Source: Mobula hypostoma (Eukaryota). From it: 64,000 nucleotides of DNA. Below are positions 52,837-64,000 of the stretch, in pieces (the first letter of the stretch is position 1; each line of letters starts with the position of its first letter). The notes under the pieces were generated by a model that was given only the letters and a program-made list of their open reading frames with translations, had not been told where the DNA came from and made no database searches. The stretch spans positions 54,066,001 to 54,130,000 of the forward strand of contig NC_086108.1 in NCBI RefSeq assembly GCF_963921235.1. The letters run 5' to 3'. Position numbers and translations under genes: made by a program.

Positions 52837-54339
52837 CCTCAGTAGAATTGGACAAACCCTCTACTCTTCTCTCCGTTTTGAAGAAATATCACTGGATCAA
52901 AAACTTGGTTTCTCATTCCACAGATGCTGCTTGCCTGACTGAGCTCTTCCAGCATTTCTATTTTTATTTCAGGTTCCAACATCTGTACTTTTATTTGTTT
53001 TCCAGTCACTGGGGTAGTTTGATGAAATAGGGCTAGTGGCTTAATAGTTATTTGTGTTCCTCCTGGCTTCTTGCAATGACAGCAAGTTACTCTCAAGTTC
53101 AATCCCAAGCCAAGCTTCAGAGTGCAGCAAGCGCAGCTGGTCAGAGTTGAAGTTGGATCATATATACTGTAAATCCACCTTCAATTTCATTTCTTATGCC
53201 GTCCCATGAACGTCTGGGAAGCTGTCTTGGAATGTAAGGCGTGATCCATATAGATTAAAGAATGTGGGAGAATTGGCTGGCTTTGAGATTTTAAAAAAAA
53301 TCACTGTTACTTTTTGAAAGAAAATCATCCTTGTATGTTGGGTTAAAATCTTTTGCTAAATTCGCAACTGCAGTAATGCTGCAAAGAATACTGAAGAAGC
53401 TTTTAAGACTGAAATAGATTCTGCTGATGTGGCAAATTAATGAGATTTTCTTTGCCCGTTTGAAAGTTGCCTTGTGAGAGATTGCTTTTCGCTGCCACCA
53501 CACAAGTCATATTAATCTGTCGTTAAGCTTCTGAGGGAATGGTGTTACTTTTGGGGGTGAGCAAGAATCCTTCCTTGGTAGCAGTTTTTCCCATCACCTG
53601 TTTGGAAGTTTGGGTGAAGCTACTCTGTTCGCTGCTGATAGCATTTCAGTAAATGCACTATGCCCGATATTCTGTGACCCAGTGCTTGACGATACTGCTC
53701 CGCATGTACAAACAGTAAGTTATTTGGCTGCGTTTACAATTGAAACTGGAAAAAAAACCTGCAAGTGCCTCCTGAAATTGATGGATCCTAAATGAGCTGT
53801 TGAAGTATTAATGTATTGTGGAAAACTGGTTGTTACCAGACCCCTCCACACCTTTGGGACACTTTCTTCGCTGTCTATAATGGTCCTACCCGTTATTTCA
53901 TCCTCCATCGGATCCATGCCTGCAATTGTCGTTTTTTTGACTTTGTCATGTTAGGCAAAGAACACAAGATCCTACATCTGCGGACCCCAGAGCCTGCTGG
54001 CCCTGAAACTAGCAGGCATGAACTTCAGATGGCCTCTGCCATTGATCTCGCCAGCTCCAACACCTCAGGGCATATTCAAAACCCGGACTCCAGCAACGAC
54101 CATGGACACATTCAAAGCGATTGTGCAACCACCAACTGCGACTCCAGCCTTGAACTCCAGGTCGGGTCTTTATGTGCTGCTGTTGTGACTCCCGTCTCCC
54201 CTTCCCCCACCACCACTCTGCAATCCTGTCTCCCTCAGATCCCATCGTCAGCTCCTGGGTACTCAGAGGCTCCATCTTCCTCTCACCCCAACCCTCCCCT
54301 CTCCACTGACACCCCCAGCCTCCCCCCTCCCCTCCTCTG

Positions 54340-56556
54340 ATCCCAGCTGTCATCCGTGCCGGGTCTTTACCATCCCCTCCGACCTTCAACTGTCGGAGGC
54401 AGAACGCTCTGTCCTCAGTAAGGTCTTCACCTTTGTACCCCTTCGCCCACACCTCAGCGAGTTCTGTGTTCGCCATGATGTGGTACTCTTCTTCCGCCGT
54501 CTCCGAACCTACTTCTTCGGCAAGGACTCTTCCACCCCCACCGATGACCCCTTCTCCCGTCTTCAACCCTCCTCTTCTTCATGGACACCCCGCTCTGGTC
54601 TTCTGCCTGCTCTGGATCTCTTTATTGCTAACTGCCAACGGGACATCAACCGTCTCGACTTCACCGTACCTTGTTCCCATTCCAACCTTACTCCTTCCGA
54701 ACGCTCTGCTCTCCACTCCCTCCGCACTAATCCTAACCTTACTATTAAACCCGCCGATAAGGGGGGTGCTGTTGTAGTCTGGCGTACTGACCTCTACCTT
54801 GCCGAGGCACAGCGACAACTCGCGGATACCTCCTCTTATTTACCCCTCGATCGTGACCCCATAAAGGAGCACCAGGCCATTGTCTTCCACACCATCACCG
54901 ACTTTATCCGCTCAGGGGATCTCCCATCCCCTGCTACCAACCTTATAGTTCCCACACTTCGCACTTCCCGTTTCTACCTCCTACCCCCTACCCAAGATCC
55001 ACAAACCTGCCTGTCCTGGCAGACCTATTGTCTCAGCTTGCTCCTGCCCCACTGAACTCGTTTCTGCACACCTCGACGCGGTTTTATCCCCCCTTGTTCA
55101 ATCCCTTCCTACCTATGTTTGTGACACTGCTCACGCTCTTAAACTTTTCGATGATTTTAAGTTCCCTGGCCCCCACCGCTTTATTTTCACCATGGATGTC
55201 CAGTCCCTATATACTTCCATCCCCCATCAGGAAGGTCTCAAAGCTCTACGCTTCTTTTTGGATTCCAGACCTAATCAGTTCCCCTCTACCACCACTCTGC
55301 TCCGTCTAGCAGAATTAGTCCTTACTCTTAATAATTTCTCCTTTGGCTCCTCCCATTTCCTCCAAACTAAAGGTGTAGCGATGGGCACCTGTATGGGTCC
55401 TAGCTATGCCTGCCTTTTTGTTGGGTTTGTGGAACAATCTATGTTCCGAACCTATTCTGGTATCTGTCCCCCACTTTTCCTTCGCCACATCGACGACTGC
55501 ATTGGCGCTGCTTCCTGCACGCATGCTGAGCTCGTTGACTTTATTAACTTTGCCTCCAACTTTCACCCTGCCCTCAAGTTTACCTGGTCCATTGCTGACA
55601 CCTCCCTCCCCTTTCTAGATCTTTCTGTCTCTATCTCTGGAGACAGCTTATCCACTGATGTCTACTATAAGCCTACTGACTCTCACAGCTATCTGGACTA
55701 TTCCTCTTCTCTCCCTGTCTCTGGCAAAAATGCCATCCCCTTCTTGCAATTCCTCCGCCTCTGCCACATCTGCTCTCAGGATGAGGCTTTTCATTCCAGG
55801 ACAAGGGAGATGTCCTTTTTTAAAGAAAGGGGCTTCCCTTCCTCCACCATCAACTCTGCTCTCAAACGCATCTCCCCCATTTCACGCATATCTGCTCTCA
55901 CTCCATCCTCCCGCCACCCCACTAGGAATAGGGTTCCCCTGGCCCTCACCTACCACCCCACCAGCCTCCGGGTCCAACATATTATTCTCCGTAACTTCCA
56001 CCACCTCCAACGGGATCCCACCACTAAGCACATCTTTCCCTCCCCTCGCCTCTCTGCTTTCTGCAGGGATCGCTCCCTACGTGACTCCCTTGTCCAGTCG
56101 TTCCCCCCCCCCCCATTCCTCCCCACTGATCTGCCTCCTGGCACTTATCCTTGTAAGCGGAACAAGTGCTACACATGCCCTTACAGTTCCTCCCTTACCA
56201 CCATTCAGGGTCCCAGACAGACCTTCCAGGTGAGACGACACTTCACCTGTGAGTCGGCTGGGGTGATATACTGCGTCCGGTGCTCCCAATGTGGCCTTCT
56301 ATATATTGGCGAGACCCGGCGCAGACTGGGAGACCGTTTTGCTGAATACCTATGCTCTGTCCGCCAGAGAAAGCAGGATCTCCCAGTGGCCACACATTTT
56401 AATTCCACATCTCATTCCCATTCTGACATGTCTATCCACGGCCTCCTCTACTGTAAAGATGAAGCCACACTCAGGTTGGAGGAACAACACCTTATATTCC
56501 ATCTGGATAGCCTCCAACCTGATGGCATGAACATTGACTTCTCTAACCTCTGCTAA
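54340..56556 (+). pseudogene. PLE reverse transcriptase-GIY-YIG endonuclease polyprotein, frameshifted (~54983-54990 and upstream); last 454 aa open
   Basis: ORFs 54480..55055 and 55192..56556 lie in different frames; RT YIDD reads HIDD; the EN His seen in other copies (FAEH) reads FAEY. Confidence 0.9.
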
Positions 56557-56848
56557 TGCCCCACCTCCCCCTCGTTTCCCATCCGTTATTTATTTTTATA
56601 CACACATTCTTTCTTTCTCTCTCCTTTTTCTCTCTCTGTCCCTCTGACTATACCCCTTGCCCATCCTCAGGGTTTCTCTCCCCCCCACTTGTCTTTCTCC
56701 CCAGGCCTCCTGTCCCATGATCCTCTCATATCCCTTTTGCCAATCACCTGTCCAGCTCTTGGCTCCGTTCCTCCCCCTCCTGTTTTCTCCTATCATTTTG
56801 GATCTCCCCCTCCCACTTTCAAATCTCTTACTAACTCTTCCTTCAGTT

Positions 56849-56884
56849 AGTCCTGACGAAGGGTCTCGGCCTGAAACGTCGACT
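56849..56884 (+). ncRNA. Minimal type I hammerhead ribozyme motif in the pLTR of the near full-length PLE, intact
   Basis: AGTC CTGACGA AGGGTCTCGGCCT GAAAC GTC GACT; predicted cut after 56880. Confidence 0.82.
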
Positions 56885-57916
56885 ATACCTCTTCCTAGAG
56901 ATGCTGCCTGGCCTGCTGTGTTCACCAGCAACTTTGATGTGTGTGTTACAAACATAGTTGTTTTCATAATTGACCCACATTGAACTGTATTGCTGAGAAA
57001 CTATTAAACTGAGAATCAAGGAATGGAATAAATAAGCTGAGCAATAAATGAAATTGGTACAAACTTTAAAGATAAAGGATTTTTTTCTTTTCTCCTTGTA
57101 TTACCTGAATGAATGGAATGCAAAGGACAGGGGGAAATAAGTTAAATTACAGGAGTCTCCCCCACTGCACGATCCATGTTGCTGTTCCTCCGAATGGTTC
57201 ATAAGCTGGACAGTTTGCAAATCAGAACTGAAGCTGGAAACCAAGTCAGCAGCAGCCGGCAAATCCTTTCTGCCAAGTGTTATTCATTTGTTTCAGCTGT
57301 ACGTAAGTCGGGTGTTCTTAAACTGGGGAGGACCCGCACATTTTTAGAAAAACTAATTAGAAATATTTAAGGCAAACTTCAGTGTCTAAAGGTGCAACAT
57401 GTTGGAGATGCAGCAACTATAATTTATGACCCAACAGAGATGCACGCTCGGCAATCTGCAATTCTGTGTCCCTCAGCACCGGATTTACTTCATGATTGGT
57501 TTGCCCTGCATTTAAAGATGTGTTACTTAAACTGATACATTTCACCATTACTTGAGATGAAGATGCGGAGCCTATACATTTCCCTTTTTCCCTTCAGTGG
57601 TTAAATCTAATGGATAATTCAATTGCCTTGATCATGAGCTAACTTCTTCATGTGTATTATATCGTCTGTACTGAACATTCATTGGGAGTGGATGGATTAT
57701 AACTTTCCATTTATGATGAGCTACTGACTCTTACTGCTAGCAAATACACTCATAGGTCGCTTTGTTAGATACCTCCTGTACCTAATGAGGTGGCTGCCAA
57801 GTGTATGTTCAGGGCTTTCTGCTGCTGTATCCCATCCACCTCAAGGTTCAACGTCCTGTGCGTTCAGAGATGCTCTTCTGCACAACACTGTTGTAACTCG
57901 TCGTCATTTGAATTAC

Positions 57917-58437
57917 AAACAACAGGAATTCTGCAGATGCTGGAAATTCAAGCAACACACATCAAAGTTGCTGGTGAACGCAGCAGGCCAGGCAGCAACT
58001 CTAGGAAGAGGTGCAGTCGACGTTTCAGGCCGAGACCCTTCGTCAGGACTAACTGAAGGAAGAGTGAGTAAGAGATTTGAAAGTGGGAGGGGGAGGGGGA
58101 GATCCAAAATGATAGGAGAAGACAGGAGGGGGAGGGATGGAGCCAAGAGCTGGACAAGTGATTGGCAAAAGGGATACGAGAGGATCATGGGACAGGAGGT
58201 CCGGGAAGAAAGACGGGGGGGGGGGAACCCAGAGGATGGGCAAGGGGTATATTCAGAGGGACAGAGGGAGAAAAAGGAGAGTGAGAGAAAGAATGTGTGT
58301 ATAAAAATAAGTAACAAATCTCTTACTCACTCTTCCTTCAGTTAGTCCTGACAAAGGGTCTCGGCCTGAAACGTCGACTGCACCTCTTCCTAGAGATGCT
58401 GCCTGGCCTGCTGCATTTACCAGCAACTTTGATGTGT
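57917..58437 (-). mobile_element. Young Penelope solo pLTR with an inverted segment (58317-58437) and a 14-bp TSD
   Basis: gtcatttgaattac at 57903-57916 and 58438-58451; close match to 56590-56945. Confidence 0.93.
58015..58050 (-). ncRNA. Minimal type I hammerhead ribozyme motif, intact; its partner at 58344-58379(+) has CTGACAA
   Basis: Reverse complement AGTC CTGACGA AGGGTCTCGGCCT GAAAC GTC GACT. Confidence 0.8.
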
Positions 58438-59259
58438 GTCATTTGAATTACTGTCACTTACCTGTCAGCCTGAATTAGCCTGCCTATTCTCCTCTGACCT
58501 GTCTCATTAACAAGATGTTTTCGCCAACAGAACTGCTGCTCGCTGGATGTTCTTTGTTTTTTGCACCATTCTCTGTAAACTCTACAGATGATTGTGTATG
58601 AAAATCCCAGGAGATCAGCAGTTTCTGAAATAGCTCAAACCACCCTGTCTGGCACCAGCAAACATTCCGCAGTCAAAGTCACTTAGACCACAATTTTTCC
58701 TCGTTCTGATATTTGGTCTGAACAACAACTAAACATCTTGACCATGTCTGCATGCTTTAAGCATTGAGTTGTCACCACACGATTGGCTGATTAGGTATTT
58801 GCATTAACGAGTAGGTGTACAGGTGTACCTAATAAAGTGGCCTCTGAGCGTGTATCACAATGGGCTTGTCTATTCCTGATCCAACAGTAACAATATTTTG
58901 GTGTCAGGGGCAAATCCAATCAAAAATCATCACAGAGGCATGTAGAGCAAGCTCTGCCTATAAAACGTGTGAAAAATTGTTTACAGCTAATGAAACTACA
59001 TCCACAAACATTGAATGTTTGTGTGGGTCCTTGATACCGAAGAATTCATTTACCAAACCTAAAGTGTTATGTCACCTAAATAGTTTTAGATAACAGAAAT
59101 TATTGAAGCAAATTCTAAAGTGTAAATTACATTTCATTTGTTCCTCTCAAGTCAAATAACGCACTCTATTCTGTGCAAGGCTCCTCCGCATAACATAGAA
59201 TAGTACAGCACAGTACAGGCCCTTCAGCCCACAATGTTGTGCCGACCCTCAGACCCTGC

Positions 59260-62170
59260 CTCCCATATAACCTCCCCACCTTAATTTCCTCTATATACCT
59301 GTCTAGTAATCTCTTAAACTTCTCTAGTGTATCTGCCTCCACCACTGACTCAGGAAGTGCATTCCATGCACCAACCACTCTCTGAGTAAAAAACCTTCAT
59401 CTAATACCCCCCTTGAACTTCCCACCCCTTACCTTAAAGCCATGCCCTCTTGTATTGAGCAGTGGTGCCCTGGGGAAGAGGCGCTGGCTATCCACTCTGT
59501 CTATTCCTCTTATTATCTTGTACACCTCTATCATGTCTCCTCTCATCCTCCTTCTCTTCAAAGAGTAAAGCCCTAGCTCCCTTAATCTCTGCTCATAATG
59601 CATACTCTCTAAACCAGGCAGCATCCTGGTAAATCTCCTCTGTACCCTTTCCAATGCTTCCACACCCTTCCTATAGTGAGGCGACCAGAACTGGACACAG
59701 TACTCCAAGTGTGGCCTAACCAGAGTTTTATAGAGCTGCATCATTACATCACGACTCTTAAACTCTATCCCTCGACTTATGAAAGCTAACACCTCATGAG
59801 CTTTCTTAACTACCCTATCCACCTGTGAGGCAACTTTCAGGGATCTGTGGACATGTACCCCCAGATCCCTCTGCTCCTCCACACTACCAAGTATCCTGCC
59901 ATTTACTTTGTACTCTGCCTTGGAGTTTGTCCTTCCAAAGTGTACCACCTCACACTTCTCCGGGTTGAACTCCATCTGCCACTTCTCAGCCCACTTCTGC
60001 ATCCTATCAATGTCTCTCTGCAATCTTTGACAATCCTCTACACTATCTACAACACCACCAACCTTTGTGTCGTCTGCAAACTTGCCAACCCACCCTTATA
60101 CCCCCACATCCAGGTCGTTAATAAAAATCATGAAAAGTAGAGGTCCCAGAACAGATCCTTGTGGGACACCACTAGTCACAATCCTCCAATCTGAATGTAC
60201 TCCCTCCACCACAACCCTCTGCCTTCTGCAGGCAAGCCAATTCTGAATCCACCTGGCCAAACTTCCCTGGATCCCATACCTTCTGACTTTCTGAATAAGC
60301 CTACTGTGTGGAACCTTGTGAAATGCCTTACTAAAATCCATATAGATCACATCCACTGCACTACCCCCATCTATATGCCTGGTCACCTCCTCAAGGAACT
60401 CTATCAGGCTTGTTAGACACGATCTGCCCTTCACAAAGCCATGCTGACTGTCCCTGATCAGACCATGATTCTCTAAATGCCTATAGATCCTATCTCTAAG
60501 AATCTTTTCCAATAGCTTTCCCACCACAGACATAAGGCTCACTGGTCTATAATTATCCGGACTATCCCTACTACCTTTTTTGAACAAGGGGACAACATTC
60601 GCCTCCCTCCAGTCCTCCGGTACCATTCCCGTGGACAACGAGGACATAAAGATCCTAGCCAGAGGCTCAGCAATCTCTTCCCTCGCCTCATGGAGCAGCC
60701 TGGGGAATATTCCGTCAGGCCCCAGGGACTTATCCGTCCAAATATATTTTAACAACTCCAACACCTCCTCTCCCTTAATATCAACATGGTCTAGAACATC
60801 AACCTCACTCATATTGTCCTCACCATCTTCAAGTTCCCTCTCATTGGTGAATACCGAAGAGAAGTATTCATTGAGGACCTCACCCACTTCCATAGCCTCC
60901 AGGCACATCTTCCCACCTTTATCTCTAATCAGTCCTACCTTCACTCCTGTCATCCTTTTTTTCTTCACATAATTGAAGAATGCCTTGGGGTTTTCCTTTA
61001 CCCTACTCGCCAAGGCCTTCTCATGCCCCCTTCTTGCTCTTCTCAGCCCCTTCTTAAGCTCCTTTCTTGCTTCCCTATATTCCTCAATAGACCCATCTGA
61101 TCCTTGCTTCCTAAACCTCATGTATGCTGCCTTCTTCCACCTGACTAGATTTTCCACCTCACTTGTCACTCATGGTTCCTTCACCCTACCATTCTTTATC
61201 TTCCTAACCGGGACAAATTTATCCCTGACGTCCCGCAAGAGATCTCGAAACATCGGCCACATGTCCATAGTACGTTTCCCTGCAAAAACATCATCCCAAT
61301 TCACACCCGCAAGTTCTAGCCTTGTAGCCTCATAATTTGCCCTTCCCCAATTAAACATTTTCCTGTCCTCTCTGATTCTATCCTTTTCCATGATAATGCT
61401 AAAGGCCAGGGAGTGGTGGTCACTGTCCCCCAGATGCTCACCCACTGAGAGATCTGTGACCTGACCCGGTTCATTACCTAGTACTAGATCTAGTATGGCA
61501 TTCCCCCTAGTCGGCCTGTCCACATACTGTGACAGGAATCTGTCCTGGACGCACTTAACAAACTCTGCCCCATCTAAACCCTTGGAACTAATCAGGTGCC
61601 AATCAATATTAGGGAAGTTAAAGTCACCCATGATAACAACCCTGTTATTTTTGCACCTTTCCAAAATCTTCCTCCCAACCTGTTTCTCTGTATCTCTGCT
61701 GCTACCAGGGGGCCTATAGAATACCCCCAGTAGAGTAACTGCTCCCTTCCTGTTCCTGACTTCCCCCTGTACTGACTCAAAAGAGGATCCTGCTACATTA
61801 CCCACCCTTTTTGTAGCTGTAATAGTATCCCTGACCAGTAATGCTACCCCTCCTCCCCTCCCCCCCCCACCCCTATCACTTTAAAGCACTGAAATCCAGG
61901 AATATTGAGAATCCATTCCTGCCCTGGTGCCAGCCAAGTCTCTTTAATGGCCACTACATCATAATTCCATGTATGTATTCAAGCTCTCAGTTCATCACCT
62001 TTGTTCCTGATGCTTCTTGCATTGAGGTACACACACTTCAGCCCTTCTACCTTACTACCTTTACACCCTTTATTCTGCTTCGCTTTCCTCATAGCCTCTC
62101 TATATGTTAGATCTGGCTTTACTCCATCCACTTCTCTCACTGCCCTATCGCTCCGGGTCCCATCCCCTTT
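59260..62170 (-). pseudogene. CR1 ORF2: APE endonuclease plus reverse transcriptase, interrupted
   Basis: 'GLKCVYLNARSIRNK', 'GVFYRPP', 'IMGDFNFP', 'ILDLVL', 'LGDSDH', 'DNYRPVSL', '[10 protein letters not shown]', 'YMDFSKAF', '[10 protein letters not shown]', KFADDTK (~60063-60083), 'VRPHLEYC'; stops at 61170 and 60096. Confidence 0.95.
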
Positions 62171-62175
62171 GCAAA

Positions 62176-63214
62176 TTAGTTTAAACCCTCCCGAACCATG
62201 CCAGCAAACCTACCTGCAAGGATATTGCTCCCCCTCGAGTTCAGGTGCAACCCATCCAATCTGTACAGGTCCCACCTTCCCCAGAAGAGATCCCAATGGT
62301 CCAAAAATCTAATACCCTGCTCCCTGCACCAACTCCTCAGCCGCACATTCAACTGCCATCTCCTCCAATTCTTACCATCACTGTCACGTAGCACCGGCAG
62401 CAATCCTGAGAACGTCACCCTTGAGGTCCTGGTCTTCAGTCTTCTGCCTAGTTACCGAAACTCACACTTGAGGACTTCATCCCTCTTCCTGCCTATGTCG
62501 TTGGTATCAACGTATATCACGACTTCTGGTTGCTTTCCCTCTCGTACCAGGATGTCGTGCACCCGGTCAGAGACATCCCGGACCCTGGCACCCAGGAGGC
62601 AACAAACCATGCGGGTGTCCTTCTCACGTCCACAAAATCTCCTGTCTGCTCCCCTGACTATAGAGTCTCCAATGATGACAGCTCTCCTCTTCTCCGTCCC
62701 ACCCTTCTGCACCACCGGGTCAGACTCTGTGCCGGAGGCCCTGCCACCTTGGCTCACACTTGGTCGGTCGTCCCCGCCAACAGTATCCAGGACGGTAAAC
62801 ATTATTCAGGGGAATGGCTACAGGGGTGCTCTGCACTACCTGTCTGCTCACCTTCGCTTTCCCTCCTCTGACTGTCACCCAACGACCTGCTTCCGACAGC
62901 CTAGGTGTGACTACCTTCCTGTAGCTCTCATCTGTGACTGCCTCATTCTCCCTTATGAGTCAAAGGTCATCGAGCTGCTGCTCCAGATTCCTTACATAGT
63001 CTTCCAGATCGCCCAGCTGTATGCACTTCTGGCAGATGTGACTCTGTGGGAGAGGGTTGTTCCCCCAAGACTGCCACATCTCACATGAGAGACACATCAC
63101 CATCTCAGGAGGCATTGTAAAGACTAACTGCGAGCAAGCTTGTCCTCCGCCTCTTCTCGTCGAAGCCTCTCGAGTCAAAACCTCAAAGTTCCACTCCTTC
63201 ACTGGCCCACTCAC
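62176..63214 (-). pseudogene. CR1 ORF1: zinc finger, coiled coil and SGNH/GDSL esterase, interrupted
   Basis: 'CLSCEM...HICQKC', 'LEDYVRNLEQQLDDL', 'VIIGDSIVRG', 'CCLLGARVRD', 'VDTND', 'DGLHLN'. Confidence 0.9.
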
Positions 63215-64000
63215 TCACTGGCCGCTTTCCAACTGCTGACTGAACTTTGTGAGATGCAGCATAGTAGCACATTTGGGGAAATCGCTGGTGAACTTTGGTC
63301 AGCAAGTTCAGATGTTAGACATAGGGAACTGTGCTGAGAAATAGTTCTACTCCGAATTGAGTATTTCCCAGCAGGTTCTGGTCAAAGCTAAACACTGCGT
63401 TCTGAAGAACTTCTCGAGTTGAGTCAATTGGTTGTTGTTTAGAAGTAATTGGGATAGTAGAATGCCAGTACCTAGTAACTTGGAGTCTTTGACTTTCCAT
63501 GTGTTTTTCTGCACAATGTGTCAGCGTATTGACAATGTTGTTGCATATAGGTGTAGATCTCCACAACTTCTTGGTGGTGAGAGGGAAGAGTATCCCCACT
63601 GTATTTCACAGGAGACCCCGTCTGATTTTGTGTAGCACTTGGCTGCTGATGCGGGTGTCTCCCAGCACGCTTGTTCTTCACCACACATCAATTACAAGGT
63701 GTATTTGTTTGAATATTTTGATTTTACTGTTATTTTATTCCTGTATTATCTAAAATCATTCTTAATGTAGTGACCCTGCAAGGAAAATGGCCAGACATTC
63801 TGCTTTAACTGTGAATTCTCAAGGAATGTGGACAAGAGGTTTGTTAGTGCGGACCATGAATTGATAGATTTGGTGTTGGAATGGAAAACAATGAAATCAG
63901 GAACTTGGCTACTTCCAGTGTACAGGTCATCCAGACAAAGCGAAGGAGATGTGGGCCGAGTTGGGTGTTATTTTTTTATACGAATTTAAAGCAAGATGGC

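Larger units (their letters stand above)
53815..56949 (+). mobile_element. Near full-length Penelope-like element (Neptune-like, Cys-rich linker); 5' boundary uncertain; pLTR ~56557-56949
   Basis: N-terminal LSK.FTFVP-like motif (~54415), 'IKPADKGGAVVV', 'MDVQSLYTSIP', 'QTKGVAMGT', 'FLRHIDD', 'LPFLDL', 'VYYKPTDSHSYL', 'PCKRNKCYTC', 'GVIYCVRCSQCGLLYIGETRRRLGDRF'. Confidence 0.95.
57747..58850 (-). mobile_element. Second copy of the deleted Tc1-like element, containing a PLE insertion
   Basis: 58440-58850 is the reverse complement of ~32631-33060; terminal 'gtgtacctaataaagtggcctctgagcg'. Confidence 0.82.
59190..63240 (-). mobile_element. Near full-length CR1 LINE (ORF1 + ORF2 + 3' UTR), inactivated by stops and frameshifts
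   Basis: 3' end 'gggctgaagggcctgtactgtgctgtactattctatg' on the - strand; see the two ORF features. Confidence 0.96.

Noticed and set aside
56596..58345. Recurrent 100-190 aa ORFs such as 'NAAGQAASLGRG.VDVSGRDPSSGLTE'
   Set aside because: Translations of the pLTR and hammerhead region; starts, stops and frames differ between copies
2797..58379. Recurrent 36-nt palindromic motif resembling a CRISPR repeat or bacterial REP/att site
   Set aside because: Dispersed in both orientations, always inside PLE pLTRs, with no spacers or cas genes; the context is eukaryotic
62198..63088. 296-aa + strand ORF
   Set aside because: Antisense shadow of CR1 ORF1, with no independent motifs
63310..63690. Possible ancient LINE remnant or host exon
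   Set aside because: No diagnostic motif or splice signals could be read with confidence

Overview
Repeat-dense vertebrate DNA. The repeat families suggest a cartilaginous fish (ray/shark), which is inference. It is probably mostly intron of a + strand host gene: only one convincing coding exon (40994-41056) and one candidate downstream exon (from 46758) were found. Identifiable elements are a near-complete but mutated Penelope-like retroelement (RT + Cys-rich linker + GIY-YIG; ~53815-56949) and about 10 truncated or inverted copies, a near-complete mutated CR1 LINE (~59190-63240, -) with many CR1 fragments, Rex1/Babar LINEs, an RTE LINE, tRNA-derived SINEs and Tc1/mariner/Tigger-type DNA transposon derivatives, often nested. 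The most notable signal is that the Penelope pseudo-LTR carries a minimal type I hammerhead ribozyme motif (AGUC-CUGANGA-A-helix II-GAAAC-GUC/GACU). About 18 copies occur in the window and 5 are fully intact. They are often arranged as inverted pairs flanked by 8-14 bp AT-rich target-site duplications, with a fixed inversion boundary and a structured 3' tail. Boundaries of old repeats are approximate and no database searches were run.
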